From Azolla caroliniana (taxonomy: Eukaryota > Plantae > Polypodiophyta), in the NCBI GenBank assembly GCA_043228905.1, contig JBHGNT010000065.1, positions 1-64,000 on the forward strand: DNA of 64,000 bases. The letters are read 5' to 3'. Shown here piece by piece: positions 37,781-49,952 of this stretch. Every line of letters begins with the position of its first letter. The stretch's first letter is position 1. The position numbers and the translations under genes are program-made. The notes beneath the pieces were generated by a model. The model saw only the letters and a list, made by a program, of their open reading frames with translations. It was not told the DNA's origin and made no database searches.

Positions 37781-38413
37781 GTGCGGCATGAAGCTGCTGG
37801 CGCCGAGTCGGCCGGATGAAAGCCGTTAGCGATGCTCCGCTTGTTCCCTGGCACGGGCGGCGCGCGAAGGCAACTTCCGCGTCGTAAGCACCGAGTTCGG
37901 TTTGTCGAGCAACTCAAGTGAGGCGAACCTAAAAAGGGAAGGAAGGGAGAAGGTCGTAAAGGTGGCCTCGTTATCTGTATCAGAGGTCAGAATAAATGAG
38001 TGCGGGAGAACCTGCCGTCCTCTACTTCCGATTTTGGTTATCTCACGAGCGAGCCAACGGTTCCCCGGGGGTTCTCGGAAACAAGAACGCGTTGGCGGGT
38101 CCTGGAGTGCCCGTCAAGAGCGCACGCGCATACCCCGCGGGGTAACTATTACGACCAGCACCCTCCGCATTTCGGCACAGTGGAACGTGTAACCGGCCCG
38201 AGGTTTCGTTTCAACTTACACTTGTTTCATGTTGGGATGGGTAGACCAACTGCCTGCCCGCAAGGGACAAACTAAATCCTCAGGTCGGGTGGGATGGCAC
38301 TACTGGCAAATACTGTCTGGCAAAGACGCAGGCGCGAAGCGTGGTAGGCCCGCTAGCGTTTTTTTTGCTTGCCGAAAGCATACAAGAAAAGCCGGGTATA
38401 TACGGGAACCGAC
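37781..38413 (+). other. 5' half of group II intron nad7i140g2
   Basis: GTGCG start. No domain V follows; it ends in the inverted repeat shared with 635-783. Confidence 0.9.
38260..38413. repeat. Inverted repeat, copy 2 (partner 635-783)
   Basis: Reverse-complement identity seen directly in the sequence. Confidence 0.95.
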
Positions 38414-38825
38414 TCCTTGTTGTTTTTGCAACCATAGGAACTGCCATGAATGCAGGAGACTGCCCTAGGTATAAAGCACCGAGGAAAAGAAACAGATTGG
38501 ATAAGACATGCCCATAGTCATAAACAGCTTAGAAAGATTATAGACCGAATTGCACGAGGACATCGCAACTCTTTAAAATAACAACGAAGAGTTGTTCCCG
38601 CAGGTGCTCCTCAATCTGTCGTAGAATACACTACCCGATCTTTCGGGTGGCCTAGAAATCCTGAAAGATCTAGAAGTCTCTTCGGTTGTGGAACTGATTA
38701 TTGGATTTTAGGATTTCTTCATTCCGATTGTATTTGCAATAGGATTCATCTCCCTTACATTGATTATAGTAGCCAAGACTCTTTCATGTACAAACCGTTT
38801 CGTGTGAATTCATTAAATAAATAAC

Positions 38826-39623
38826 ACGAGTGTCTCCTAAGAGCATCCCTATCATCCGGTGGATTCAAGTCCATGGTCTCTCCTGGGGTTACTCGGAGCC
38901 TTAGCAAGCACCATCGGTGCTGTTATGTATATGCATTCATTCGCGGGAGACGGAACACTCCTCACTTTAGGCCTAAGCTTGATCTTATACACCATGTTTG
39001 TATGGCGGCGCGATGTTACATGTGAATTTACTTACGAAGGACGTCATACCAAAGTGGTATAATTAGGGCTTCGCTACGGTTTTCTCTTGTTTATCGTCTC
39101 GGAGGTTATGTCTCTTCTAGCCTTTTTTTGGGCTTTCTTTTATTTATCTTTGGCACTCGCGGTAGAGATCGGAGCTATTCGGCCCCCCAAAGGAGTTGAG
39201 GTTTTAAATCCCTGGGGAATCCCTTTTCTAAATACCCTTATTCTCCTTTCCTCTGGAGCTGCCGTGACTTGGGCTCATCATGCCATACTCGCAGGTTTAA
39301 AATAATAAGCGGTTCACGCTTTAGTAGCTATCGTTCGGCTGGCTCCAGTTCCCACCGGGTTTTAGGGAATGGAATATTACGAAGCACTCTTCATCATTTC
39401 CGACGGTATTTATGGTTTTACTTTCCTCTTAGCCATCGGGTCTTATGGGTCCTACGTTACTACAGGGACCATTCTCTCGACGATACGCGGTATTTGTTAA
39501 TATATAGGTCATTTTAGTCCTTCGCATCACTTCGGCTTCGAAGCAGCTGCTCGGTACCGGCATTCTGTGGACGTGGTTCGGTCATTTCCATCTGTCCCTA
39601 TCTATTGGTGGGGGGGCTTATGA
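38826..39623 (+). CDS. cox3: Cytochrome c oxidase subunit 3 (ACG start, intronless)
   Basis: HPYH.VD.SPW ... FIVSEVM ... AAVTWAHHA ... HHFGFEAAA ... IYWWGG; 266 codons. Confidence 0.96.
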
Positions 39624-41179
39624 CAACAAGGTATGGGCCTTGCCCTTCCCCAAGCAGAATGCAGGTCAATGGAAACTTGACTGGTTGAAAAGCCTGACGT
39701 TGTGGGGTTCAGCGGGCCAGCTTTGCTTTGAAGGTGGGCTTATAACATCAAGGGCAGGGGATCCGGCCGGTTGGGGCTCGACGAATCACCTAGTTGTCTT
39801 CCTTTTACGATTCTATACGGTGCTCGGTAGGTCCAATTCCTACTGTATTTTTCGGAATGCATTAGATGAGTACCCGGCCAAAGGTTCAGGGGTCGAATAC
39901 CCAACGATAGAGTCGGGTTCAGGTTCTACTCTCCGTTGTCTATCAGCGCTGGTCCACCTTATCTGATACATCACCGTTCCATCATCATCCATTCCTCCTG
40001 TTTCCCACTTACTACCCTTTCCCATTTTTATTTTCCTTCATCTCGGTCGTTAGCTTGGAATCTGCCCGCCCCCCGATTCTCCTGGAAAGGGAGAAATGTT
40101 TCCTTTCCTTTCCTTTCCTTTCCTTTCCTTTCCTCGGTATCATTCTCTCTCGTCAGCAGTGCTAAGGTGACTTCTCAGACCGTTCCCTTGTTCTGCAGAT
40201 TCTCTGAGTTCCGAGAGGCCTTCGGCGAATTAGCTCGACTTTGTTGTTGCGGAGCGGGTTTCGCGTGAGGTGCTCTCTCGGCGGCGGGCGGTAGAAGGCT
40301 ACCTTTCTCCTCATGCGTGAAAACGGCCGGGCCGGGCCGGCCTTCATGATGAACCGGTTCATCGGCACTGGTTGGTTCTAACATCCCCAGCAAGCAAGCA
40401 AGCAAGCAAGCAGGTGTTTTACCTCTGCCGCCTTGGGATGGGAACCTTGGTTTGCTCAGTTCTGAAACCTTCCCATGGTTAGGGTTGGGTATATGGCAAA
40501 ATTCGCCTCTGAGGTTACGGGGGCAGTATCTATCGATTTTGGAGAAAGGAGAGGCGATCGTGTCTCTCTCCGAACTAGAAACAATGTGCGGCGATCCTGA
40601 GATTATCGGCGCAGAACAGAAGCGGTTCTTGAATTGATCACACGACATTACGTAAGATTACAGCTTCGAGAACTTGTTCGGGATTGATTAGAGGAGACCC
40701 TGTTCTGGATCTTTTCCGAGCCCGATCTCCACCTCCCCTAACCCACCGAAGACGGTAGCGACGGGAAAGATTCCGATTTGGAATCGTGTATGGGTAGTAT
40801 GACGCTATGAAAAAGGTCTTAGAACACCCCATCCAACCATCCAACTGCTTGAGTCGTGGGGGCCTTTTGATCCCTGAAAGAAGGTCTCTATATAAAGTGA
40901 CTTATAGCAGCTCCTACATTCGAGGCGAGGTTTGGCCTCGGGTGTTAAGTTCGCCAGGAACCATAAGCCTTTGTATGCATCTGAGCATAATGGGTTCGGT
41001 GAAGGCTAAGGGACTAGACAGCCCACCTCCTAGCTTCATCTCTTACTAGAGATGCCGCTAAGAGGATCCCTTTCATTCCCATGTAAGCTGCTTTCACCTG
41101 AGGGACCTCTCACAAACTCCCATAGATATTAGAAACAGACCTCGAAACGAGAAACAGAACAAGAATAAGAGAAAGCAGA

Positions 41180-41204
41180 ACGAGCTTTGGTTAATTATTC
41201 CCCA
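41180..41204 (+). CDS. rps1: Ribosomal protein S1, exon 1 (25 nt, ACG start)
   Basis: ACG AGC TTT GGT TAA TTA TTC CCC A = MSFGQLFP after editing, followed by GTGTG. Confidence 0.88.
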
Positions 41205-41811
41205 GTGTGATCTGTTAGCCCTAAGCAATATCTGCAAAACGGCTCACGCTATTAATAACGTGAACTTCAACCAAAAGCGGACAAAAAGAGATCGCCGATC
41301 TTTTCCGCCAGTAGCTGAGATGTTCAGTTGACTCCCAGGCCTTGATGGAAGGGCGGCTACCTTCGAAACTGCAAAAGCAAAAGGCCCGGGGCGCAGGACG
41401 AACAATGAATGAGTGTAAGCTTCGTGGCCCAATCGACGGTGCTGACCACGGGACTCGTTATCGTAATAGCGGGAGGGAGCAAGGCAGTGACAACTTGGGG
41501 ATTGTCATTGAGCATCCCTTGACGCCCGAGAAAAGTAAGTTATCGATGGCTCTTCTGTCTGAGACAGACCATCTACGCTCGCGGCATCCCTTACGGAGTA
41601 TAGCTCACATCCAAGCATCTGGTTGGGGAACGGGGCAACGCCCATGAAGCTCCGGAAACGGAAGGCCCGCCAGGCTGTATGCTCTTGGAAATAGGATTCT
41701 TCACCAAGCTCCAGAGCTGACACGGGGACCCATTAACTTCTTCAAATTGGATCGTAGATGACAGCGAATCATACGTAAGGTATTCAAACTCGCGTTAAAT
41801 CACCGTCCTAA

Positions 41812-41842
<31 letters not shown>

Positions 41843-42000
41843 CAATTTGGAGTGAAATCATACCATAACTCGAAACGCCTTCCGTCATAGCTAAATACGG
41901 GGAGGAGATGCCAGCATGACGGGAAGAGCCGTGTGAGGCCTATAGCTCATGCACGGTTCGGGAGCCAAGCCCCAGCAGTAATGGTGCGGCTTAGGTTAAC
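41205..42000 (+). other. Group II intron rps1i25g2 (fern-typical)
   Basis: GTGTG start, domain V at about 41926-41959, TTAAC end. Confidence 0.9.
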
Positions 42001-42722
42001 TGTATAATTCTAGTCCCACTTTACTACGTGAAGGCGCTCTATAATATTCAGTGAAACCATTATAATACAGGGACAAAAGTCATGATGGGGACAGAGGTTT
42101 AATCAAACTGTTACACCCGCAGAATATGATCTTGGTGAATACAGGACTGAAAACTCCTGTAATCCTTTTAAAACATGAAGTGACAGCAAGAGCGCCAATC
42201 ACCAAGTAAGCAAAGTTTAATTCTGTTGGGATCGAAGATTCGAATCTGGAAAAAGTGGAAGAGCTTCGTGAACCAAAAATTATTTTGCCAGAACCACGTA
42301 AACCGGAAATTATTTTGTCAAAACCATTGAACAAGAAAATAGTTCGGATTGAACTAACCAAGATTTGGCGTGACCGCGACAAGGTCAAAGGGTTGATTTT
42401 CAATTTAATGAAGGGTGGGTATGCCGCAGTTACTGCAGGGTTCGTGGCTTTCCTTTTCAGGAGTCCCTTTCGCAAAAATGAGAGTGAGAGGTTCCACAAA
42501 AAGAAGAAATTTTACAAAAGTAGAAAATTTAGGTTCCACAAGAATAAAAGCAGAAGTGGGAAATTTGGAAACAAAGGTCTAAAGTTTCGCAGAAGCAGAA
42601 ATGAGACATTCTGCAGAAGTAGGACATCCAGAATTCTGAACACGAACCCAATAAAGCGTAATATTGCGGTAAAAGAAGAGATTCGTGCTGCGCTAGTTTC
42701 AGAAAAGAAAAAGCACCATTGA
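42001..42722 (+). CDS. rps1: Ribosomal protein S1, exon 2 (could extend to TAG 42782 if the TGA is edited)
   Basis: YNSS ... VNTGLKTP ... IELTKIWR..VKGLIFN..KGGYA. Confidence 0.9.
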
Positions 42723-42774
42723 ATCGAAAGCCGCCCCCTAACCAGCAGTCTCTTCCTAAGCACCAACAGCAGCA

Positions 42775-42924
42775 AGAAATAGTTTATTTACATGAGTAAG
42801 AAACTGACGTATTTCCATCGGTCGCTTCCGTTTCGTATATTAGTTATTTTGTATGCTTCGTATAGTTTTCTGTGAATTAGCATTAAAAGGTTCTTTAATA
42901 GGCATAAACAAGTCGTGTTGGCAG
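42775..42924 (+). pseudogene. rps14: Duplicated 3' fragment of rps14
   Basis: Carried by repeat C; lacks the intron and the first codons of exon 2; out of frame with rps1. Confidence 0.8.
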
Positions 42925-43130
42925 TACGCTGGTCGGCTTCACAAGCAAGCTGCGGGTCTTTTTCAATCACTAATTCTTATTTTGCCCAAAATCGTTGTCG
43001 TTGGTTCACATTTTATGGCATCGCAGAAATTGATTGTAAGGCTTTAGATTATTTCAAAGGGTGGCCTAAGGTCACCCCCCTTAAATGAGAGTCCCGCCTC
43101 TCTTCATTTAAGCGGGAAAAACGTTCTGCT

Positions 43131-43201
43131 GGCTGGGTAACATAATGGCAATGTATTGGACTGCAAATCCTGGAATGACGGTTCGACTCCGTCCCTAGCC
43201 T
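43131..43201 (+). tRNA. trnC: tRNA-Cys(GCA), copy 2
   Basis: Identical to 25622-25692. Confidence 0.93.
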
Positions 43202-43955
43202 ATTCTTCTTCCAAGCTCTTTTGCCATTTCCGAGTGAAAAGATTGCTGCTTTAAAGTGGAAAGAAAAGTGCAAAGCATCTTCTTGCCAGTGATTCATCAA
43301 GATTGCCGCCGGCTCGGTTTAAAGTGAAAAGAAAAGTGCTGCTTTGCTTTGCTTTGCTGGATTCGCAGATTATGGCCAGAAGATGATATTGCCTTCTTGC
43401 ATGATCCTTCTGAATTTTACCAACGGAATTTCGAAATTCCAGCATTCAATTCTTTCCGCAATCTGAGCCGCATTAAAGATTATCGTATAATAATCCATGA
43501 ATATTCAGGCCTTCTTGAAAGTTCAAAAGAAGAACTTTGGTAGCCATTTATATTACACTTTTTACCGCTTCTTCTTCTTCCGCAGTGCAGTTTTCTTGCG
43601 CTTCATGAAGAAAAGGTGCTGTTTGAAATTGTAGCTTGAATCTTATCGGAAAACTAACTCTAGGCCTTCTTGATGAACAGCTATGGATAATACGGCGGAA
43701 GTTGCTTGCGGGGAAGAACCAAGGTGGTGGATGAACCCGCTGCTTCATCAGCGCGATGAAGACGATTAACGCTACTTATCGGCTACGGTAAAGTCAGACG
43801 GCCCGATGGGGGAGTTGGTAGCAGAAGCTAGACAATTGCGGCGCGGCCCAACAAGAAAAGAAGCGGATTGACGTGGCCGTAGAAAGAATGGATAAATTTC
43901 TATGTGACCTACAGAAAACAGAGCCGGCGAGACTCCGAAGTATCGCCGGCACTCC

Positions 43956-44028
43956 GGGTAATTAGCTCAGTTGGTAGAGCGCCTCGTTTACACCGAGGGA
44001 GTCAGCGGTTCGAGTCCGTTATTGCCCA
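43956..44028 (+). tRNA. trnV: tRNA-Val(UAC)
   Basis: GGGTAATTAGCTCAGTTGG...TTTACAC...GGTTCGAGTCC. Confidence 0.95.
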
Positions 44029-44246
44029 TGGTTGTAAACTTGGTTATTAGGACGCCTTAGTTCCTATCAATCTAAAATAGAATGATCAATTACCACGCTT
44101 AACCTTTCTGGTCGGAGGGGCCAAAGAGGAGGCCCTGCGGTACAACCTATTTGTTTTCTGAAGGCGTTGCGTGCGATTTACAAAGACCTGAAAGCTTGGC
44201 ACGCTTTCCCGTTGATTATTGATGGCTCGTGATCTTGTCGGGAAAG

Positions 44247-44333
44247 GGATGGATGTCTGAGCGGTTTAAAGAGTCGGTCTTGAAAACCGAAGTATTCGGA
44301 GAGATACCGGGGGTTCGAATCCCTCTCCATCCG
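44247..44333 (+). tRNA. trnS: tRNA-Ser(UGA)
   Basis: GGATGGATGTCTGAGCGG...CTTGAAA..., long variable arm. Confidence 0.95.
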
Positions 44334-44479
44334 TGAGTATGGTCATAAGTTAGCATTCCCACTTTCCCATCACCCTAACTTGATTTGGAAAGCATATAGG
44401 CATTCTATAAGCCTTCTATAAGAGCCTGAGAGGTTAAAAGGGATCGTCGTAAGCGGGCTCCATTGAGCAAGTCGCGCGT

Positions 44480-44511
<32 letters not shown>

Positions 44512-44638
44512 GGGAGAATCGAAAAATACGGGGTGGTGTTTCAGTTTCCTCTAATTGCTACGCCATCCGAGCCATTGGCGTTCTTAGCTCTATCCAGTTA
44601 GCAGTGAAAAAGGGTGGTTTCGAAATAAGAATCGATGT

Positions 44639-44724
44639 GCGGATATGATGGAATTGGTAGACATGCCAGGTTTAGGTTCTGGTGACCTTACTCAGTCGTG
44701 GGGGTTCAAATCCCTCTATCCGTA
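44639..44724 (+). tRNA. trnL: tRNA-Leu(UAG)
   Basis: GCGGATATGATGGAATTGG...TTTAGGT..., long variable arm. Confidence 0.92.
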
Positions 44725-44859
44725 GCAGTTGGAACCTCAGAGTTATGCAATCATTAGGCCTCTAGTGAGAAATCAAATGGGTTTCTTCTCTCCCTTCAAT
44801 CACTAAGCAGTCCTCCGTCGCCTGGAGAGTGATCCTCGAACGTGTATACGAGCCATCGT

Positions 44860-45900
44860 AATTACCCAATCACATATTTTAGGGCCCGAACCCGATCCAA
44901 CGTACGTAGCCTCGAACCAATGAATCTGGTCACAAGAAACGAACGAAGCCCGAACCATACCTTCGAGACTGAACGACCCGAGGGGCTAACTGCCTGCCTG
45001 CAGAGACTGCACTTCCCAACTTTCTTTGGGAAAGGGACTGCCAAGAATCTGGTAAAAGAGTTCGAATGGTTCGGGGAACAATAGAAAGACGCTTTGGTTG
45101 CCATCGGACAACCTAAAGACCCGAACAGGGTTGATTTATATAGATCTGGTAATAGTGAAGATACTTTGTAGTTTGATATGAAGCAATCGTACACCGCCGT
45201 ATAGAGTGGTAGGTCCTTATACACTCTCTTAAAATGGTTAACAACCAACGCAACCAAAGCAGCTGCTTTTGGTGAATGAAAGCAAAAGTAGCTTTAGATT
45301 CTATTCAAACTAGAATTCGTTTATTATTTAAAGATATGAGTTTGTTTGATCAAAGAAGAAAACAAGGTTTTCTTTGTATTAATAATATTTTCATTTATAC
45401 CGCAATTTTTCTGCTGTCATACAATAGCATTAGAAAATGAGATATTGAAATTGAAAAAAAAGTGTTATAATGTAAGTTTAATGGTAAAGGCCGTGGCTAT
45501 TTTGTTTTTCGATTAATTCAGACTCAAGAAAATCTGAGTCTGGGTCAATCTCTGTTGATAAACAATCTGACGGTAAAGATTTTAATAATAATAATTTAGA
45601 CTCTGGAAAAGAGGCAATCCCTATTAATAAACAATCTAACAATAAAGATTCTAAAATATCGTAAGTATTTCAATCGTATATACATCGAAGGACGTTAAAA
45701 TGTCTATTAGTTCTTTATCTTTCTTGAAGTGCGCAATAAACCTATCCTGCATGTTGGTTTGCCTTTTGTTGGTCAGCTTATCAATCAAAAAGGTCCAGCG
45801 AGTTATTATAGATTGATCTCTCGTCAACAAATTGTTCGATCATTTTTTGCAAGTATTCCTTCCTTCTCAAGAAATCCGCCGAATTTGTTTGGCCCAATCC
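44860..45900 (-). pseudogene. Decayed plasmid-type RNA polymerase fragments (N- and C-terminal) flanking an AT-rich insert at about 45260-45720
   Basis: LYTAVYDCFIS resembles the IYTVHDxFI catalytic motif; DFLRR..FVDERSIYNNSLDLF parallels 12920-13030. Confidence 0.55.
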
Positions 45901-46703
45901 ATCGCTTATCATTAATCTTTCCTTACCTCTCTTTTCTTCGGCTTCAAGCTTAACCTTTGCTTCTTCGAGCAATTGGCACACGCACGGTTTGAACGTACAA
46001 ATTCCTATTTGAATATATTTCTTATGAGATTTATCTAACGCTGACCGCCAGAACATTATTCTTGATAATAAAGTTAGAAGCAGGCAAAAGAAATTCTTCA
46101 ACCTCTGCTTCGCTATCGCCGTCACTATAGGGCTCTTCGCAGTCCAGGTCATCAAGTTCCGCCACAGCGAAGGCCTGTAATCTGAGACATTGTACACAGG
46201 ATCGATGGAGTCGAGCTAGCCGCTTCATCGTTGAGATTAACCTTGAAAGGGCACGCACGGTTTGTTGTTTGCAGAGTATTCTCCAGGAGCAACGGTGAAT
46301 AAACTCTCTGGAAACGAATCTTCATTGTTGTTAGGTGTCTTTTTCCAATGACTTAACAATGCCGGCAAAGACTTACTCCGTTGTTTTTTAACAAGTTAGA
46401 CAGGGAGGGTATAGTGCTTTTTGTGCTGCTTTTGTGCCCCCATGTCCGAGGGGCGGGCTCAGATGCCCCCAATTATCAGTAGGGAAGGGAGTGCGAACTT
46501 TCTTCATTAAATTCACGTAGCACCAAATTCACACCAGAATCGAATTCTCGCTTTCTTTTTTTTTGGCAGGTCTCATTGTCAATATTAGAATCATTAAGCA
46601 TTCGAACGATGGATTACCAATTACTCGATTCTGCGATGTAGGGTGTGTGCTGCTAAAGTGTCTAACAGCTCTTGACCCCAGCTCATTACATGTTTTCAAT
46701 GGT

Positions 46704-47396
46704 TCACCGCCACCTATAATGCGCGAAACTTCTATTGGCCTCTGCCGGTTTATGAAGATCATCCCTTCTTTTACGAACATTTCCCTTTCTTTGATAAGCA
46801 TCCGGTATCTCAGCAGATGAACATTAATCCAAGCTCTGGCTATTTCTGCTCATAGTACGTCATTTGACAGCTGCTTCCATGATCCGACGAAAAGCTAAGG
46901 TTTCTTAACGTTCTTTGGCAATAATCTTGAGTACATTACGAGTAGTCCCTGCGATTCTCACTTTCTTGATTTCGCGAGTAGGCTTGACATTCTCTATGGC
47001 GTTAGCCAGGAGTGTGATAACATGAACATCGGGTTCAGTTCAGGAAAGACGAGAAGAAGTTTAGGAAACAATAACACGAGATTTTGTTCTTTTACCATCA
47101 ATCATACAAAAGTGGACTAATTTCTTGATTAATCTTTTTTGTTTATTATCCACTCCCCAGATGTAGCTTAATCTCTCCGAGCAGCTGTATGTGCTTCCTT
47201 CACGGCCTCCCTTGGGTCTGGGTGACAAAAGCCCTGCTAGATGGGCGCAGAAATATTTGCAATGGGATCGAAGCGGATGGCTTTCCGTTCCAAAAGTTTC
47301 CGCCGGTCATTCTGAAAGTCTTCCCGAAAAATTAAACCGGTCTGAAGGCGATGAGCGAGAAAAGCAACCATTCCCTGATTTGACCTTTTTATTCGT
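46704..47396 (-). CDS. rps7: Ribosomal protein S7 (ACG start overlapping the rps12 stop)
   Basis: [15 protein letters not shown] ... AIENVKP ... NRSFAHYRW; 230 aa with a liverwort-like N-terminal extension. Confidence 0.92.
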
Positions 47397-47773
47397 ATCG
47401 AATTCTTAGGTTTCTCTGTACCATGTTTTAGTCTGCCTCATCTTCAATCCGGGATTCCCTACGAATCTTTAACTCCTCGAATACGATGATAATTCACACC
47501 TAACGAATCTTTCACTCTACCTCCTCTAGCCGTAACCGCAGGATGCTCCTATGAATTATAACCCTCGCCAAAGATGTGAGCAATGATATTCCTTCAATTG
47601 CTTGAACGTGCCTTGGCTATCTTGCATAAAGCCAGATTAGGTTTTTTTAGTGTTCTTGTCGAAACACGCGGGCGTACCCCAAACTTTTAGAGACATTAAT
47701 TCGAAGCTCAAGTACATGTTTTGTGACGTTTTGCCCTTCTACAATGACGAAGCAATTAATTTATGGTAGGCGT
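47393..47773 (-). CDS. rps12: Ribosomal protein S12 (ACG start, CGA stop via editing)
   Basis: (M)PTIN*LLR ... TRT.KKPN.AL.KIAK ... RGGRVKD..GV; 127 codons. Confidence 0.93.
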
Positions 47774-48235
47774 ATTTCGCAATCTGTGTTTTTCCTTCTG
47801 CGTGCGGCCCCGAAAAGCGTTCATCATGCATCCGCCCGCTTGACACAGCACTCACCCCTTGACATAACCGAACGATTACCTTTCGGTTGGCGGTAAATCG
47901 TTTAGGTCAAGCAACCTGGACTCGCCACTACCGTACCTAGGGCCGTCCATTGCGATTATGCCGAGGGCGTCTGCCGTAAGCCTAGCAAAAGAAGAAGATA
48001 TTGTTGTGATCTGGGAGGCGCGCGCCGTAGTAGCTGGGGTATCGGTTCTTTCCTCCTTTTATTTTCCCGGTCGGTGCTCTCACCCTCGAAGAAGCATCGA
48101 TCGGACGATCGCAAGGCGGCATTCTGTTTACGAAATTTCCATCGGCGGGCGTGCGTGAGAGGGGTCTGGACGCCGTTTTCTTCCGACCAGAACCCCATTA
48201 ATTATGACGTTCAACATCACAGTATGCTCAATTCA

Positions 48236-48494
48236 TTGAGGTAGCCAGTCAAAGGCTACTGGAACGCCGAATACAGAAACTACCCGAGCTAATGATAAAG
48301 GCGGGAAGACTTTCCGTCCAAGTCTCATTGGTTAATCATAACAATGTCATAGAAATGCTGCGCAAACCCATATATATACGAACGGAAAGAAAATAACCTT
48401 TGTGCCAAACCAGATTGAGCCCGGAATTCCCTGGAAACTAGGAAGATCTAAAATGGATGGCCAACCTCCCGGGAAAGGCGGTGTACATAGACTA
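48236..48494 (-). CDS. nad1: NADH dehydrogenase subunit 1, exon 4 (stop is edited CAA, or the next TGA at 48233)
   Basis: SLCT..F.GGW ... YIWV.AAF ... AFDWLP. Confidence 0.93.
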
Positions 48495-49952
48495 GGAGAG
48501 TGAGGGCGCGGCTCTGTGGCCCTTAGCCCAATAGGTGTATCCACACCCTTCTCAAAGAACCGTACGTGACACTCTCGCGTCATACGGCTCCGTCCCGGGA
48601 ATATTGAGTTTCCTCTTCTCCAACCAATGCAACGTTTAGGTCTTCGAATCCGATCTCTCTCTCGCATGGATGTCTCGGTGGTGGTTGGCACAGCAGCAGC
48701 AGAGTGGGATCGACTTACAGTTCAGGCTGGCCTACAAGGCGGTTCATCAAACCCGCCAACCCCTTTTTCATCATGAAGGCCTTCATGATGAACCGGTTCA
48801 TCGGCTTAGAGCCCGCATAGACGGAGAAAAATCTCTAAAGTGAGTGAGTCCCCAGGAGAACAATGAGAGGTAGGTGGTCAAAGGCCGAGCGAGAAAGTTC
48901 CTGCCTGCCTGCCTGCCTGCCTGCCGGGGGGAGAGATTGAAGCCACTCAACCTACAGAAAGGGCAGCTGAAAACAACCAACCGGGTTTGTGCTTGCTGCT
49001 GATAAGCACACTTTCTTTAGGTTTTAACCCAGCAGAGAGAATGCGATAGCATTAAAGTGGGTTGGCTACCAGACCAGGGTACTCCTCCCTCCTCTAACTT
49101 GGAATTGATAGCGGAGCGTTAGTAGGGAGCTGTGAGATACGGTGCTTTACCTTCTGACTCCGAGAACGAATTTTTGGAAATAAACAGTACCATCACTTCT
49201 CCCGCGGGCTCGAGCAAGGCGCCTGACAAGAGGCGCAGCGAGTCTTTCTCCGACCATTCCAAAAAGATCCCCTTTAACGTAACGTAACGAACAAGTTTTC
49301 AGCAGAAATCCCTCTTCGCTGGGGGTTAAGTCGCCTGGTTCAGACTCAATTTGCTCATGGGACGCCAGTAGCAAGCAAGCAAGCAAGCAGTCTCTCGTCC
49401 GCAACAGGAGTACATGGGGCTGCCGTTGTCTCGGTGATTCTGTTTTGCTAGCCTTTCAGACTAGTGTCTACCACTGTTGTTGGTGAGTCTTCTCTCCCAG
49501 GACCAGAATGATTACCCCTGTCCAATGAGTTTACATTCATCCCTGGATGTCGGGTACTGTTTCCTTCCCCGCCATCTTTGTAGCCGTCACCTGTAATCCG
49601 TGCAAGTGTGTCCGCACCCCCTGGAGGAAACGAGAAGGGATTTCTCGGAGCAACCCTCCCTGGTTCCAGACCTAAGAGCGCACTTTCCCATATGAGCATT
49701 CGATAGTATAGGTCTGGGGAAGAGTTGCGGGATAACCACCTGAGATATCCTCCTAATCTTAGATAGGTCGTCCGACGGGTTCGCGGTTCATTGCTGTGCT
49801 TACACACCAGGCTACCCCTCTTCGAAAGCTTCGCGGGACCTACTAGTCTTCAGATCGTCGCCCGGAGGAGTTTACTGCACAAAGCCCTTGAGGGGACGCT
49901 GGCTCCTGCAGGGAGCGGAAGCCCAACGAATGTCGGATGCAAGGCTCCGCAC
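48495..49952 (-). other. Group II intron nad1i728g2 (cis, 1458 nt, no matR)
   Basis: GTGCG start, domain V at about 48557-48590; too short for matR and no RT motifs seen. Confidence 0.9.

Larger units (their letters stand above)
42774..43879. repeat. Large repeat, copy C (about 1.1 kb, inverted partner 24939-26049)
   Basis: Same ORF-track peptides as copy B, on the opposite strand. Confidence 0.95.

Noticed and set aside
39620-39970. sdh4 in its ancestral position overlapping the cox3 stop
   Set aside because: Only vague motif traces; the real sdh4 is at 27065-27328.
40600-41000. RT-like traces (GSPL, YG.)
   Set aside because: Too degenerate to call without a profile search.
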